Shown: positions 22,763 to 34,407 of the stretch, piece after piece
Layout of the letters: each line of letters starts with the position of its first letter
Position numbering within the stretch: the stretch's first letter is position 1
From: Octopus bimaculoides
Lineage: Eukaryota
Reading direction: 5' to 3'
NCBI RefSeq assembly: GCF_001194135.2
Contig: NC_068984.1
Span: forward strand, 18,920,340-18,984,339
DNA length: 64,000 nucleotides
Program-made: the position numbers and the translations under genes
Notes under the pieces: generated by a model
What the model was told of the DNA's origin: nothing
Seen by the model: only the letters and a program-made list of their open reading frames with translations
Database searches by the model: none

Positions 22763-24358
22763 TTAACCTATCCTTACTAAACGTGGGGTAGTCATGTCTC
22801 CCCAATCGTAAGACACCTATGCATGTCTCTCTATCATACTTTGGTCTCTCAATATCTGGTTTAAAGCTGTCTTCCTCTTGTCCATATACCCCTCCATTTA
22901 GTCAAGGTCTTTTGTTTTTGTGCTCACTTTTATCTTACAAGTTATTTGGCAACCTTACTAGCAGCATGCAAAAAGCACTAAGTACACACTTCTAAGTGGT
23001 TGGCATTAGGAAAGGCATTCAGTTGTAGAAACCATGTAAAAACTAAAGCTAACTTTTAGAGTTCAATGCAGCTCAGTATATTTTATCAAACTGTCCAACC
23101 CATACTAGATTGGAAGAAGGACATTAAATAATGATAGAAATACAAACAATACATGAACATAGATAAAAGCAAGAGACCTACCTCGTACAGAATTAATAAT
23201 AAAAAAAAAGCTCACTTAACATGAAATTGTACTGTGAACAACAGCTTTTACTAAGGAAAATGTTTTTATCTAAGACCCCTATTGTTATATTGTCCTTGTA
23301 GGTTAAGTACTGAGCAGATGATATAGAACTAATCCCTTCCACTAAAACCTGCTGACCTTGTATTTAACTCTGAAATCTTTTTTTATTTCTCAATTCAAAA
23401 GCTATTCACGTTAGAAGAGATACTAAGAACAACTCAAGAACAGACAAATATGGTTAGTATTGTGCGATGTTACTTTCATGTGTTTTTCATTTTGTATGTA
23501 ATATAGGATATATGTGCATTAGAGGTATCAGCCTGATAATAGCAACAGTAATAGCTAACATAACCCGTTATAAAGTGATGTTCCTTCACTCGCGAAATGT
23601 CTGACACCAAATTAAGTCGCGCATCAGGGGAGACAACTCTGTCTTCGCTTAGCTATTTAATTGTCTTCCTGGGAATTTCAGTCTCAGTTAAAATAGAAGA
23701 AAACAACTCAGCCGAGTTGTTTTGTTATCTCTAATTTCTTGTTCAAACTATTTTGTATATTTTTCAACATTTACAGCTTTGTCATTGGAAAATGGACGCT
23801 AAATGATGAAAAAAATTGAATGATTTTTTTTTTTTGATAAGGGACGTAATACGTGTATATATTTTTTTACGATAAATAAAGTGTCACGGCTGCGATTCTG
23901 AATTTTCTTATTTCTCTACAAATTTGGATTTATTTATTTATAACATCTCTTTTTCCATGTTTGCGTGGATGTGACACTTTAGTTATTTTCACAGCAGAGT
24001 GCCTTCTCTTCTTTGAAATAAAACTAAAGTGTTTTGTTAGTTTTTTTTAGTCGGGCAAACTGAAATAATCAGTATTAAGTAGATAAGAATTTTTGACCAG
24101 TAGTCCAGCATCATGATCTCATAGTCACATCCTCTGAAATAAGTTGACTGATTAAACTAGTGAACAGGGAAGAACATATTGCACGTCTGCGAAGAGATGT
24201 CTTTTCTACTACATAGTCAAGAATTACTACCACAAAATAGTAAATGAACTTCAGTGTTCTTGAAAATAAACTGCCTGCAGGCATAGATAATAAAGCTTGA
24301 TAATGTTTTAGTATGAGGGAAGTGGTGAAGATAGAAGAGAAATATTTTAGTCTCTTAC

Positions 24359-24441
24359 TTCGAGATCGGATCGTAGCAGTCAATCCAGGTACTAAAAGGC
24401 TGAAGCATCTTTTACATATCGTTCTTTTTAAGTGAGGGTCT
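24359..24441 (-). CDS. RPP21: RPP21 exon 3 (DPHLKRTICKRCFSLLVPGLTATIRSR)
   Basis: KRxxCxxCxxLLVPG Rpr2/Rpp21 signature; TACAG acceptor, GTAAGA donor, 83 nt, phase 2/1. Confidence 0.95.
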
Positions 24442-24559
24442 CTGTAATGAAGATTGAAATAGCTTTTAATCATGACACACAGTAAATTATCATTCTGAGA
24501 TTTATGCAGATTTACACACACACACACACACACGTGTGTGTGTTTGTGTATATATATAA

Positions 24560-25130
24560 TCAAAATCGCTGACATGGCTGACGACAGTACCGCCTGATTA
24601 GCACTCGTGCCAGTGGAACGTTAAAGCACATAGGAACGTGGGGTGTAACCAGGCCACTTATGAGTACCCCTGTTGCTTTCAAAGACCTGTGGAGGCAAAT
24701 GTAAACAAACCAAAATCGCTGACATGGCCGATGACAGTACCACCCGAATGGCACTCATGCCAGTGGAACGTTAAAAGCACATCCAAGCGTGATCATTGCC
24801 AGGGCCACGGATTGGCTCTCGTGCCAGTGACACGTGAAAAGCACCATTTGAGTATGATCGTTGTCAGTGCCACCAGTGCAGGTAGCACGTAAAAACACTT
24901 TTTGAGCATGAGCATGGTCATTGCCAGAACCGCCTGACTGGGCTTTGTGACGGTGGCACGTAAAAAGCACCCACTACACTCTCGGAGTGGTTGGCGTTAG
25001 GAAGGGCATCCAGCTGTAGAAACTTTGCCAGGCCAGATTGAGCCTGGTGCAGCCTCTGGCTCACCAGTCCTCAGTCAAACCGTCCAACCCATGCCAGCAT
25101 GGAACGCAGACATTAAACGATGATGATGAT
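24560..25130 (+). mobile_element. RTE LINE 3' UTR with tandem internal units and (GAT)n tail
   Basis: Reverse complement of the 15411 and 8652 termini; ends in cattaaacgatgatgatgatg. Confidence 0.8.
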
Positions 25131-26331
25131 GAAAGATAAGATCCAAAGATTGAGGTGTAGGAAGAAAGTTAGCTTCAAGCAATCTGTAGTATATACATAC
25201 ACATATTTATATATAGGCATGGCTGTGTGGTTAAGACATGTTGAAATAAACGAGCTACACAAGTAGGTATGCACTCCTTCCGTCCCCCACCATCTCAAAT
25301 ACATAAACAAGTGAGGGAGCCTTCTTAATTGTAGGTTAATGGAGATATTGCTTGAAGATTTCATGTTCATGCCTATCTGAAGCAAGTCATTCCTTCCAGC
25401 AAGCTAATGAAACACTTTTCAATTACACAACATTCCTGCTATTTAGGAATATGTCTGATGTAAACAAAATTCTTTTACACACACTTATTCAAATGTCAAT
25501 TATTGTACAGTAACAACCAAATTGCATGCATGTGATAATGTTATTCAAACAAAGAGTTCTTTAAAGTTGTATTTTGGTAATTTTCTTCCTTTTCAGAAGC
25601 CAAAAAAAAAATATTAGTTTCAAATTTTGGCACAAGGCTAACAATTTCAGGGGAGGGTGTAAGTCAATTATATTGACCCCCAATGTTCAACTGATACTTT
25701 TTTTATTGACTTTCAAGGGCAAAAGGCAAAATTGACCGTGGCAGAATTTGAACCCAGAATGTAAAGAGGGATGAAATGCTACTAAGCATCAAAAGATATT
25801 AACAGGTAATAGTTGGTCTACGATGAAAGGAGTTTTCTTAAAACAGAAGTAACTATTATACACATAAAACGTAGTTAAAATGTAAAGGAACAGACATTGT
25901 GAGAAACTTGATGGTATACTGAAGTGAATGATGGTGTAAAAATAAGCAGTCTTGAATTTAATAGATTCAATTTGAAACTGTAGGCACAGGTATGGTAGTG
26001 CGATTAAGATGCCTGCTTCCTAACCATGTGGTTTTGGTTAGTTTCTGTCTACTAAATCCACATGCAAGGCTTTGATTGACCTGAAGGGCTATAGTAGCAG
26101 ACACTTGCCCACGGTCCCATACAGTGGGACTGAACTCAAGACCACATGGTTGGGAAGCAAACTTCTTAACTACACCTGTGTCTAATCTGATTATATAAAA
26201 GGTTGATTGATAGCAGAAATACAGAATGTAAAGTTGGTATAAGTGGGATTCAAACTTAGAACTGAAAGCATTCCAGAAAATGAAATGTGACTGGTTTAGA
26301 AGAAAGAATTAAAACAAAGAACAATACCAAC

Positions 26332-26432
26332 AGTCTAAGAACTTGTCTCTGTGCAATAGTCTTCAGTGTGTTGATGTAAAAGCGGACAAGACCAGTGTTT
26401 TGTGGGTTGACTGTCAGAGTTAAATAGGCTGC
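26332..26432 (-). CDS. RPP21: RPP21 exon 2 (AAYLTLTVNPQNTGLVRFYINTLKTIAQRQVLRL)
   Basis: TTTTCAG acceptor, CT|GTTGGT donor, 101 nt, phase 0/2; resembles vertebrate RPP21 AAH...LARFY...RTIAKRLVLR. Confidence 0.92.
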
Positions 26433-27870
26433 CTGAAAAGAAAAAGCAACAAAAACACAGAAATTACAAGATAACAATACATACAGGTTCTGATAAATGA
26501 ATAACCAGCCTACATTTCATTGTTCTTTTAGCGTCTATTTTTCTATGCTTGCATGGAGCAGACTGAATTTGGCAAGGCAGATTTCCTACATATACTGTAG
26601 CCAAGCCTCACCTGTTTCCAAGCAAGGTAATATTTCAGCATAGCTAGACATGTCACAGAATATTGCAAATGAATGACACACCTTGTGTGATAGTGACACT
26701 TGTTTACAACTATTAAACAACGTCAAAACAGGAGCACACATACATATATAAATATATATGACTGGCTTTTTTCAAAAGAGAACAGCAAGTGTTATACACG
26801 TCTGTCTAGATAAATGTATTTTGGAATATATTGTTAAGAGTTTGATTCAGAATTAGGTTATCTAAGTTGTAACAACAATTCTATTTCAGAATTTAAATGC
26901 TTGGGATACTGAGAGCATTTTCTGACTCTCCAAGCAGCTGGTTGGGGTACACAAACACAGAGACACATACATAGGCATGTGCATATGAAGGGCTTCTAGT
27001 CTGCGTCAACCAAATTCACTCATAAGGCATTGGTCAGACCAACTTGCTCTTGCCTAAACCTATTTGATAAGTTAGAGTTCAGCATTCTAAATTACCATCA
27101 AGGGATTTTAATGTTTCTTTCCAGATATTGAAGTTTAGGGAGCTTAGTAAATACCCATTACAGAGATAATGGGAAGGGGGTTAACGGCCCTCCATTTTGG
27201 GGTTGAGGCAGACCCCCCCCCCAAAAAAAAAATTAGACTCAGGAGATCTCTGCTTCAGTTACCAGCAGGACACTGTCAAAGCAAAATGTTTCATAAACAC
27301 TTGTTTTCGTAAGTGGGTGTCGAAAGTTTAAGGTTGAATATCAAGATCTATATTTCAATGTCTGTTTCGGAGGTCCGTAGCTGAAACAGTATTATGGACC
27401 ACTTTTTGTATTCAGCTAAAAACACTATCAGGGGAGTGTTTCAGATTAGGAATCACATATCTAGTTTTTAGTGACAGAATGGTTTACATCTTTAAAAATA
27501 TAGATAAAACATTGCAGGATACATGGATAATAGTTGAAGGTTTTTGGAAATACAACAAAGCCTGTAACATCAGAATTCTTATAATAGTAGCAATAAGATT
27601 ACGGCTTCCTGTGGCTTGTCGTACACAACCGTACAGACTAGGAAATGTACAACCGATACTGCAATGTCTTCGAGGAGGAATAAAGTACTGTGTTTTTCAT
27701 AAATAAGATAACTCATACTTATAGATAACATCATCCACTAATTTATATCTTATTGCTTTTCATTTTCACATTACTGAAACCTTACTTACACTTCTAAATA
27801 AAACTGTCTCCGTTTCGAAACTTCAAAATGCAAAAAAAAAAAAAAAAAAAGTCATATACACACGTTATCT

Positions 27871-27901
<31 letters not shown>

Positions 27902-28146
27902 TGGTTATTATATCAAAATTAGACAGTATTTCACTCCGGACAGGGACACCAGCGTACTGAGTATATAGATAACGTTTGAACACGTAAAATATATTTTTAG
28001 TATTTTACAACTTAAGCATTTATATATATAGGTTATTGTCGAACGAGAAGGAATTGGAAAGCAAAATAAAACATGTCAGTTAACTTGCTGTTTGTTCCTG
28101 TACAGAAGAGTGATTATGTGACAACAATAACAACTTTTATACATAC

Positions 28147-28212
28147 CTGATATAAAAAATTAATTCTTTGAAAGCTTTCTTTAAACGGAATGCCTTTATC
28201 ACATTTCCCCAT
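28147..28212 (-). CDS. RPP21: RPP21 exon 1 (MGKCDKGIPFKESFQRINFLYQ)
   Basis: ATG at 28212, FQRxNFLYQ motif, CAG|GTATGT donor. The four exons total 558 nt = 185 aa + stop. Confidence 0.92.
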
Positions 28213-28354
28213 GTGAGTTTGTTTGGAGCCGGTAGCTTATGAAGAGCTAATTAAATAAATTAGTTTCGTATTCACAATTACAATATATATATATATTTAT
28301 TTATTTATTTTCGTATAAATTCCTTTAAAAAAAAAGTGTATTTAAATTATTTCT

Positions 28355-28775
28355 TTAATCTTTATTTTGCTTTGTTTCGGTCATTGGAGCGTGACCATAC
28401 TCGGGCATCGCCTTGAAGAATTTTAAACGATAAATCGCCCCCAGTACTTTGTCGTTTTTGATTTTCTTTCTAAGTCTTGTAGATTTTCTATTTATTTCTT
28501 TGGCTGAACTGCGAAGTTCTGGGGACGTCAACAAACCAGCACTGGTTGTCAAAGAGTGGTGGGGGATACAAATACAAATGCGAAAACACACGCATAGACG
28601 TGTGTGAGTATGTGTGTATACGATGGGCTTCCACGCAGTTTCCGTCAATCAAATTCACTCACAAGGCATTAGTCGGCCCAGAGCTATAGCAGAAGACACT
28701 TGCCCATAGTGTAATGCAGTGGGACTGAACCTGAAACCATATGGTTGCAAAGTGAGTTTTTTAACCACACATCCA
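28355..28775 (-). mobile_element. SINE family A, diverged, just upstream of RPP21
   Basis: Core (aagacacttgcccatagtg...gggactgaacc) and tail recognisable. Confidence 0.75.
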
Positions 28776-28805
28776 GTAGAATTGCTAAATGAATTTTTCT
28801 TCCAG

Positions 28806-28920
28806 TACTACTTAAGAAGAATGGTCCCGATGCGCGCACCCGCGCTAGTCAGTGGCACCCACGATAAAAAACAAACTCCACTTGTATAAATACATGTAAA
28901 CTGTAATCGGTGGGTGGGGT

Positions 28921-28953
<33 letters not shown>

Positions 28954-29219
28954 TTCGCGGGGTGGGGGGAAACCTATCTATCTATTTCGCGGGTGGAAAT
29001 TTCTATCTATCTATCTAATTAACAATCTAATAAAACAAACAGCCGGCTAAATGAATGAATGAGAATAAAACAAATTTTTAAGTTGAAATAAAATGTTTCT
29101 CAAAAGTCGTCATAAAGAAAAGTGGAGGGTTTTTTTTTTATCACGGGTGCCACTGACTTGCGCGTCCGTCTACTGACTAATGCGGGTGCGTGTGTCGGGA
29201 CCACTTTTCTTAAGTAGTG
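28806..29219. mobile_element. Non-autonomous TIR element (MITE), about 414 bp, with a CACTA-like terminus
   Basis: Imperfect TIRs of about 75-95 bp: (t)actacttaagaagaatggtcccga...gtcagtggcaccc vs gggtgccactgac...tcgggaccacttttcttaagtagtg. Internal (TCTA)n. No TSD seen. Confidence 0.7.
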
Positions 29220-29480
29220 CCTAATTTCCTTGAAAAAACATTATCATGTTATTACGTTTCATTTCTTTTATTATTCAACTATTGGAATAAATACAATAAT
29301 TTTGAATAAACACGTGACTTCGTATTCTTAATGATTACATATGACTTTGTGATGTGTCTCGAGGGTTTTGACGTCCTATATAACCTGCAAATGGCAACAA
29401 CTGTGATAGCAACGGAAAAGATCCCAACAACCAGTTGACGGATCTTTTCTATTGACAGCTGTGGTACGAGGGAACTGTAA

Positions 29481-29761
29481 TGTGAGGAAATAAGATACGG
29501 TTCACCTACCTCTCGTTGTTGGCCGTCCAGCTGTGCTAAGCCCAAACACGTGCCCTATCCGTCTCACCTAATGTTAGCAGCTGTTACTACCAATCTCGTT
29601 AGCTCGCTTCACTGACGTCCGTTCACGGCGACTGCACCAGACCGAAAATGGACGACCCCGGTCTTGCTTCCCTCACTTCTTCTCTTCCACTTCCTATTCT
29701 GGTCAGGTCCCTTGACCGTTGACGTTACAGTCCTTTCCTTCCGGATTATCTCATCCCCACA
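29481..29761 (-). repeat. 3' LTR of the Gypsy element
   Basis: Minus strand TGTGGGGA...TTCCTCACA; polypurine tract (GGGGGGAGGGGCG on minus) immediately internal. Confidence 0.85.
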
Positions 29762-31692
29762 CGCCCCTCCCCCCAATCTCAAAGATCACCTCCTCTCTTC
29801 ACTCCATGTCAAAATCTGCCATCCACCCGCTGTGGACGCCTCACTCGCTGTTGTCTTCGTAAGGAGAGAGTCTTGTTCTCTTCCTCTCCTCCACCTCCGT
29901 CGTCCGACGAAGCAACAATTCTGCGAAAATCCAAGACGTGACGCAGCATTCCATCCACAGAAACATTATTTTTGGAATTAACAGCTGTCATTGTTCCACC
30001 GAGATGTGCAGCGGGCCTTCGGGCACCCTCTCTCTTCCGCAGGGCATTCTAATGGTTTACTCGGATGCTGCTATTTATTACTGTGTGGCACGGACTCTTC
30101 GGCCTGTTCTGATCGGGATGACATATTGTACCCGAATACTGCTTCCAGCGGCAAGATGCATCCCTCCTCTCCGCCATGGCTTTGATCGTTCGATGATGTT
30201 TTTCCACAATCCCATTTCCACTCGGCCTGTATGCTGCTCTGAAGAAACGGTGCATGTTCCACTTATCAAGCATCTCCTTTAGTACCTCCGAACGAAATGC
30301 AGTGCCGTTGTCCATCAGCAATTCGTCCACAGGGCCTCGTTCTAGGAATATCTTGTTAGGATACGTGCAGTCACGTCTGCAATGCCCGTTTTCATTTCCC
30401 TCCAAATGGCCACCCGACCCAGCCCACAGTCAACCATCGAGAGATATGTCCCCTGCCGATAGTGCGTCACATCCACCGTCAATCGTCTCCAGTTGTGCTC
30501 TACCAAGATGTTTCCCTGCTCATGCACAACCGGAACAGGGTCAATGGATTGATACCTATCACATTTCCCGACCACCTTTTGAATGATCTGTCAAGTAACG
30601 TCAGAATCAACACTCCTGGCAAGATACAGGGTTCTATCCACGCCCATATGATGCATGGTATGCAGTCTCCTTAGTTCCGAATCACTTAACTGACACACTG
30701 CAACTATCCCATGCTTCGAATCTTCCGGCACCACCAAAAAGGCTTTTTTTTTTTACCCTGGTTAAAATGTCTGCCTTGTTCCTTTCTGAAGGCACAAAGA
30801 CCACGCTCAGCTTCAAAACAAATTCGGCAGCTAGCTCTCCTAGAACCTCTAGGCGGCGCTTTACTCACATCTCTTTGGTTCAAATCCTCTTTTCATCGGG
30901 GATCACTGATCCTACCCAACCAAGCACGGTAGCTGAATCGGTTAGGATTTCGATGGAGTGCAGCCCCATTTCAGGGCCAGATTCATCCCCTTCAGCACTG
31001 CGTCCAACTCAGCCACGCTGATGTAGTTGTAATCATCTGCTTTTCGAAGCCAGGCCGCGCTCCCCACTTCGACACCGCTGATCTCCAGAACAACTCCTAT
31101 CGCTATGTTGCTAGCATTGCACCATACGGTCCCATTCTCCAATTTGGGAACATACCAGTTTCCTCTTACTGGGTCTTCTGCTCTTGTCCTCTCTAGGATC
31201 TCCCGCATCATCACCACTTTGTCCCCCACTTTGTCTTTTCATTTTCCTCCGTCTGCTCATCTCTTGATGTAGCTGCGCGCTATTCATAGTCACTCCGCGA
31301 TTGGGTAGTGACCCACTAGTCTCCTACACATTGAGAATAGTTTTCTCCTGCTAACGCTGGTACCCAGTTCTGGGATCTCATTCATCCTCCGAAACACCAA
31401 CATACCTGTTTTATCTCTTTGACGCTTGATCCCCAGTGCAGCTCTTCCAGCCATTGGCTCCGGTGGCTTCGCAATCAGCCCGATCTTCTCTACGTGACTT
31501 ACAACCTCTGTGGCAGATACTACAGTCTCGTCTACCAAGATGTCGTCTATATAGGAATTGGTGGCCCTTCTTATCCTGTCCACCTTTCCCAGGATGGACT
31601 TGAGCACTGTCGCTATGATCTTTGGTGCAGAATTTAGTCCGAAACACAGCCTAGTCAAACAGTATATCTGGCCCTTATATCACACCATATCA

Positions 31693-31972
31693 TGCAGGGA
31701 AGTAAGATACGGTTCACCTACCTCTCGTTGTTGGCCGTCCAGCTGTGCTAAGTCCAAACACGTGCTTTATCCGTCTCCCCTAATGTTAGCAGCTGCTACT
31801 ACCAATCCCATTAGCTCGCTTCACTGACGTCCGTTCACGGCGACTGCACCAGACCGAAAGTGGACGACCCTGGTCTTGCTTCCCTCACTCCTCTTTCTCT
31901 ATTCCTGTTCCGGTCAGGCCTTTTGATCGTTGACGTTACGGCCCTTTCCTTCCGGCTTATTTCATCCCCATA
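31693..31972 (-). repeat. 5' LTR of the Gypsy element
   Basis: Direct repeat of 29481-29761, roughly 90% identical by eye. Confidence 0.85.
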
Positions 31973-33125
31973 ACAGCATCAGAAAAGATCCAACTAGGGT
32001 CGTGATGCGTCGTTTTAAAGATTGAATTTGCTAATTACAAACACAGATCTAAAGCACTTATGTCCAGAAGGAACTACTGTATCTGTGAACATGCCACATT
32101 CAGGAATTCCACTTTTAACAGACCATTAAGTACCACTTTAAAAGAAGCGCAAGTCTTTGTAGAATGCAGAAACAATACATAACAAACCTGTAAATCTCTA
32201 GAAGCATACGTAGAAAACATGATCATGATCATGATCATCCTTTAACGTCCGTTTTTTCAAGCTGGCATGGGTTGGAGCTTGCAAAGCTAGGGACCACTTT
32301 AGGTTCCATAGTCTGTTTTGGCTTGGTTTCTACAGCTGGATGTCGTTCCTAACCACTTTACAGAGTGGACTGAGTGCTTTTTACGTGGTATCATCACTAG
32401 AGCTTTTTAAAACATAACCATAAAAACAAAGCTACACACAAAACTCTTTAAGAACACTGACAGGCGCCACAGTTTGGCCAATGCAGCAACACTAACCTAT
32501 AAACAACTTATCAGATATGGCAAGGATTTATGGCTGTGCTTCCAAAGTGTCTGCACTAATTTATATTTAACTTCAAAGAACAAAATATATCATGCTTAAC
32601 ACCATCACAGGCTTCACAGTCTTGGTGGATTCCTGCTGCTGTAGAGGCGTAAAACACTCCGAAATCACGTGATACTGCAGTTTCGCCACAGATGCTGGAT
32701 GGCTCTCATCTCTTAACAATATCTCAGTTCTTTTATGCACTAAACGTCTGTGTTTACGAGAGACTTTCTCAGGACGAATATTGCCAAATTCGGGATTTTT
32801 CTACCAATTTTCATTATTTCACTGGTATTCCAGTTAAGCTCATTGAAGCTATAAAGAATTATTATTATTATTATTATTATTATTATTTTTATTGTTGTTG
32901 TTGTTGTTGTTGTTACTCCGGGCAAAATGCTTAGCAGTATTTCGCTCGTCGCTACGTTCTGAGTTCAAATTCCGCCAAGGTCGACTTTGCCTTTCATCCA
33001 TTTGAGGTCAATAAATTAAGTACTAGTTGAGTACTGGAGCCGATGTAATCAACCATTCCCCTCCCACGAAATTTCAGGCCTTGTGCCTATATTAAAAAGG
33101 ATTATTATTGTTATTATTAACCACC

Positions 33126-33242
33126 TGTCGTTCGCTCTCTAACAGGTTTATGGTCGAGCCTGTGGCAGTGGAGACCTCCGGCGTTCTCAGGCCCTGACCA
33201 AATCCCTGCTCACTGCTATCGGGGCGAAGATGGCTGTCCGGA
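33126..33242 (+). mobile_element. Restriction-like endonuclease (RLE) fragment of a CRE-type non-LTR element
   Basis: RSLSNRFMVEPVAVETSGV and, after a frameshift, LTKSLLTAIGAKMAVR, resembling the RLE motif Y.F.P.AVET.G. Cut off by an N gap. Confidence 0.55.
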
Positions 33243-33381
33243 NNNNNNNNNNNNNNNNNNNNNNNNNNNNNNNNNNNNNNNNNNNNNNNNNNNNNNNNNN
33301 NNNNNNNNNNNNNNNNNNNNNNNNNNNNNNNNNNNNNNNNNNNNNNNNNNNNNNNNNNNNNNNNNNNNNNNNNNNNNNNNN

Positions 33382-33752
33382 CCAGTGGTTAGGGCAGCGG
33401 ACTCGCGGTCGTAGGATCGCAGTTTCGATTCCCAGACCAGGCGTTGTGAGTGTTTATTGAGCGAAAACACCTAAAGCTCCACGAGGCTCCGGCAGTGGGG
33501 TGGTGGCGATCCCTGCTGTACTCTTTCACCACAACTTTCTCTCACTCTTTCTTCCTGTTTCTGTTGTACCTGTAGTTCAAAAGGGCCAGTCTTGTCACAC
33601 TCTGTGTCACGCTGAATCTCCCCCAACAACTACATTAAGGGTATACGTGTCCGTGGAATGCTCAGCCACTTGCACGTTAATTTCACGAGCAGGCTGTTCC
33701 GTTGATCGGATTAACTGGAACCCTCGTCGTCGTAACCGACGGAGTGCCAACA
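33382..33752 (+). mobile_element. SINE family C followed by an (ACT)n tail
   Basis: Matches 19843-20228; the 5' end lies in the gap. Confidence 0.85.
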
Positions 33753-33998
33753 CACTACTACTACTACTACTACTAGCAAGGCAATTAATATACTTGTTAA
33801 CCAAAAGTCTGTTAGTTGTGTAAATAAATAGCCACTGGACTACTTAAACAAACACAAGTCCCATTACATTTCTTTACTTTTTCTTCTATTTATTTATTGT
33901 AATAAGAAAAGAATTTATGCCTTTAGAGTTTTTTAGTACTATTTTTATAGCTACTGCTGCTACTACTACTTCTGCTGCCATCATTGTGACTATTGCTG

Positions 33999-34043
<45 letters not shown>

Positions 34044-34230
34044 TTACTACTACTACTACTACTCCTCTCACACGCCTACTTTGTAGAAACACTCCTTGAA
34101 AAATTTAATCTTCTGAGTCACTGTATACAATATCAAAGAAAGAGAGAATAGGCGAAATACCAAGGTTAACTGACCAACTACGAGCAACTGACCTATAGAT
34201 ATATATAATTGAAATTTACGGAAAAACAAA

Positions 34231-34407
34231 AGACGAAGACAAGTGTATAAACGACAAACAGGTGTATTAGATTAACGCTCGGGAAGGTCAGAAAGTCTTT
34301 TACGTTTCGAGCCTACGCTCTTCAACAGAAAAGAACACGATGAAATAAACAGAGGGAATAAAAAAAAACTTTCGGAGCTAGCGGTCAATCATGGCGGCTG
34401 ACTGGAA
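34231..34407 (-). mobile_element. Penelope-like terminal repeat with a variant hammerhead-like motif
   Basis: Homologous to 1-172; minus strand CUGUUGA-A-GAGC(GUAG)GCUC-GAAA-CGUA. Confidence 0.55.

Larger units (their letters stand above)
29481..31972 (-). mobile_element. Gypsy/Ty3-type LTR retrotransposon, internally deleted: partial RT, RNase H and integrase between two LTRs of about 280 bp
   Basis: RT: LTRLCFGLNSAP, YIDDILV. RNase H: CNASNIAIGVVLE, AELDAVLKG. Integrase: LTVDVTH, MDNGTAFRS, YRPSGNGIVEKHHRTIK. The RT-RH-IN order is Gypsy type. Frameshifts are present. Confidence 0.9.

Noticed and set aside
23402-23806. Possible nested + strand exons in RPP21 intron 3 (23402-23452 LFTLEEILRTTQEQTNM; 23777 onward LCHWKMDAK*)
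   Set aside because: The splice sites are plausible but the pieces are very short, I found no upstream exon or start, and there is no recognisable homology.
27479-27706. 75-aa + strand ORF in RPP21 intron 1
   Set aside because: No motif, no splice signals linking it to other exons, and its length is within chance expectation.
29477-31977. Target-site duplication for the Gypsy element
   Set aside because: The flanks (gtaa vs acag) do not match at 4-6 bp, so no TSD is claimed.
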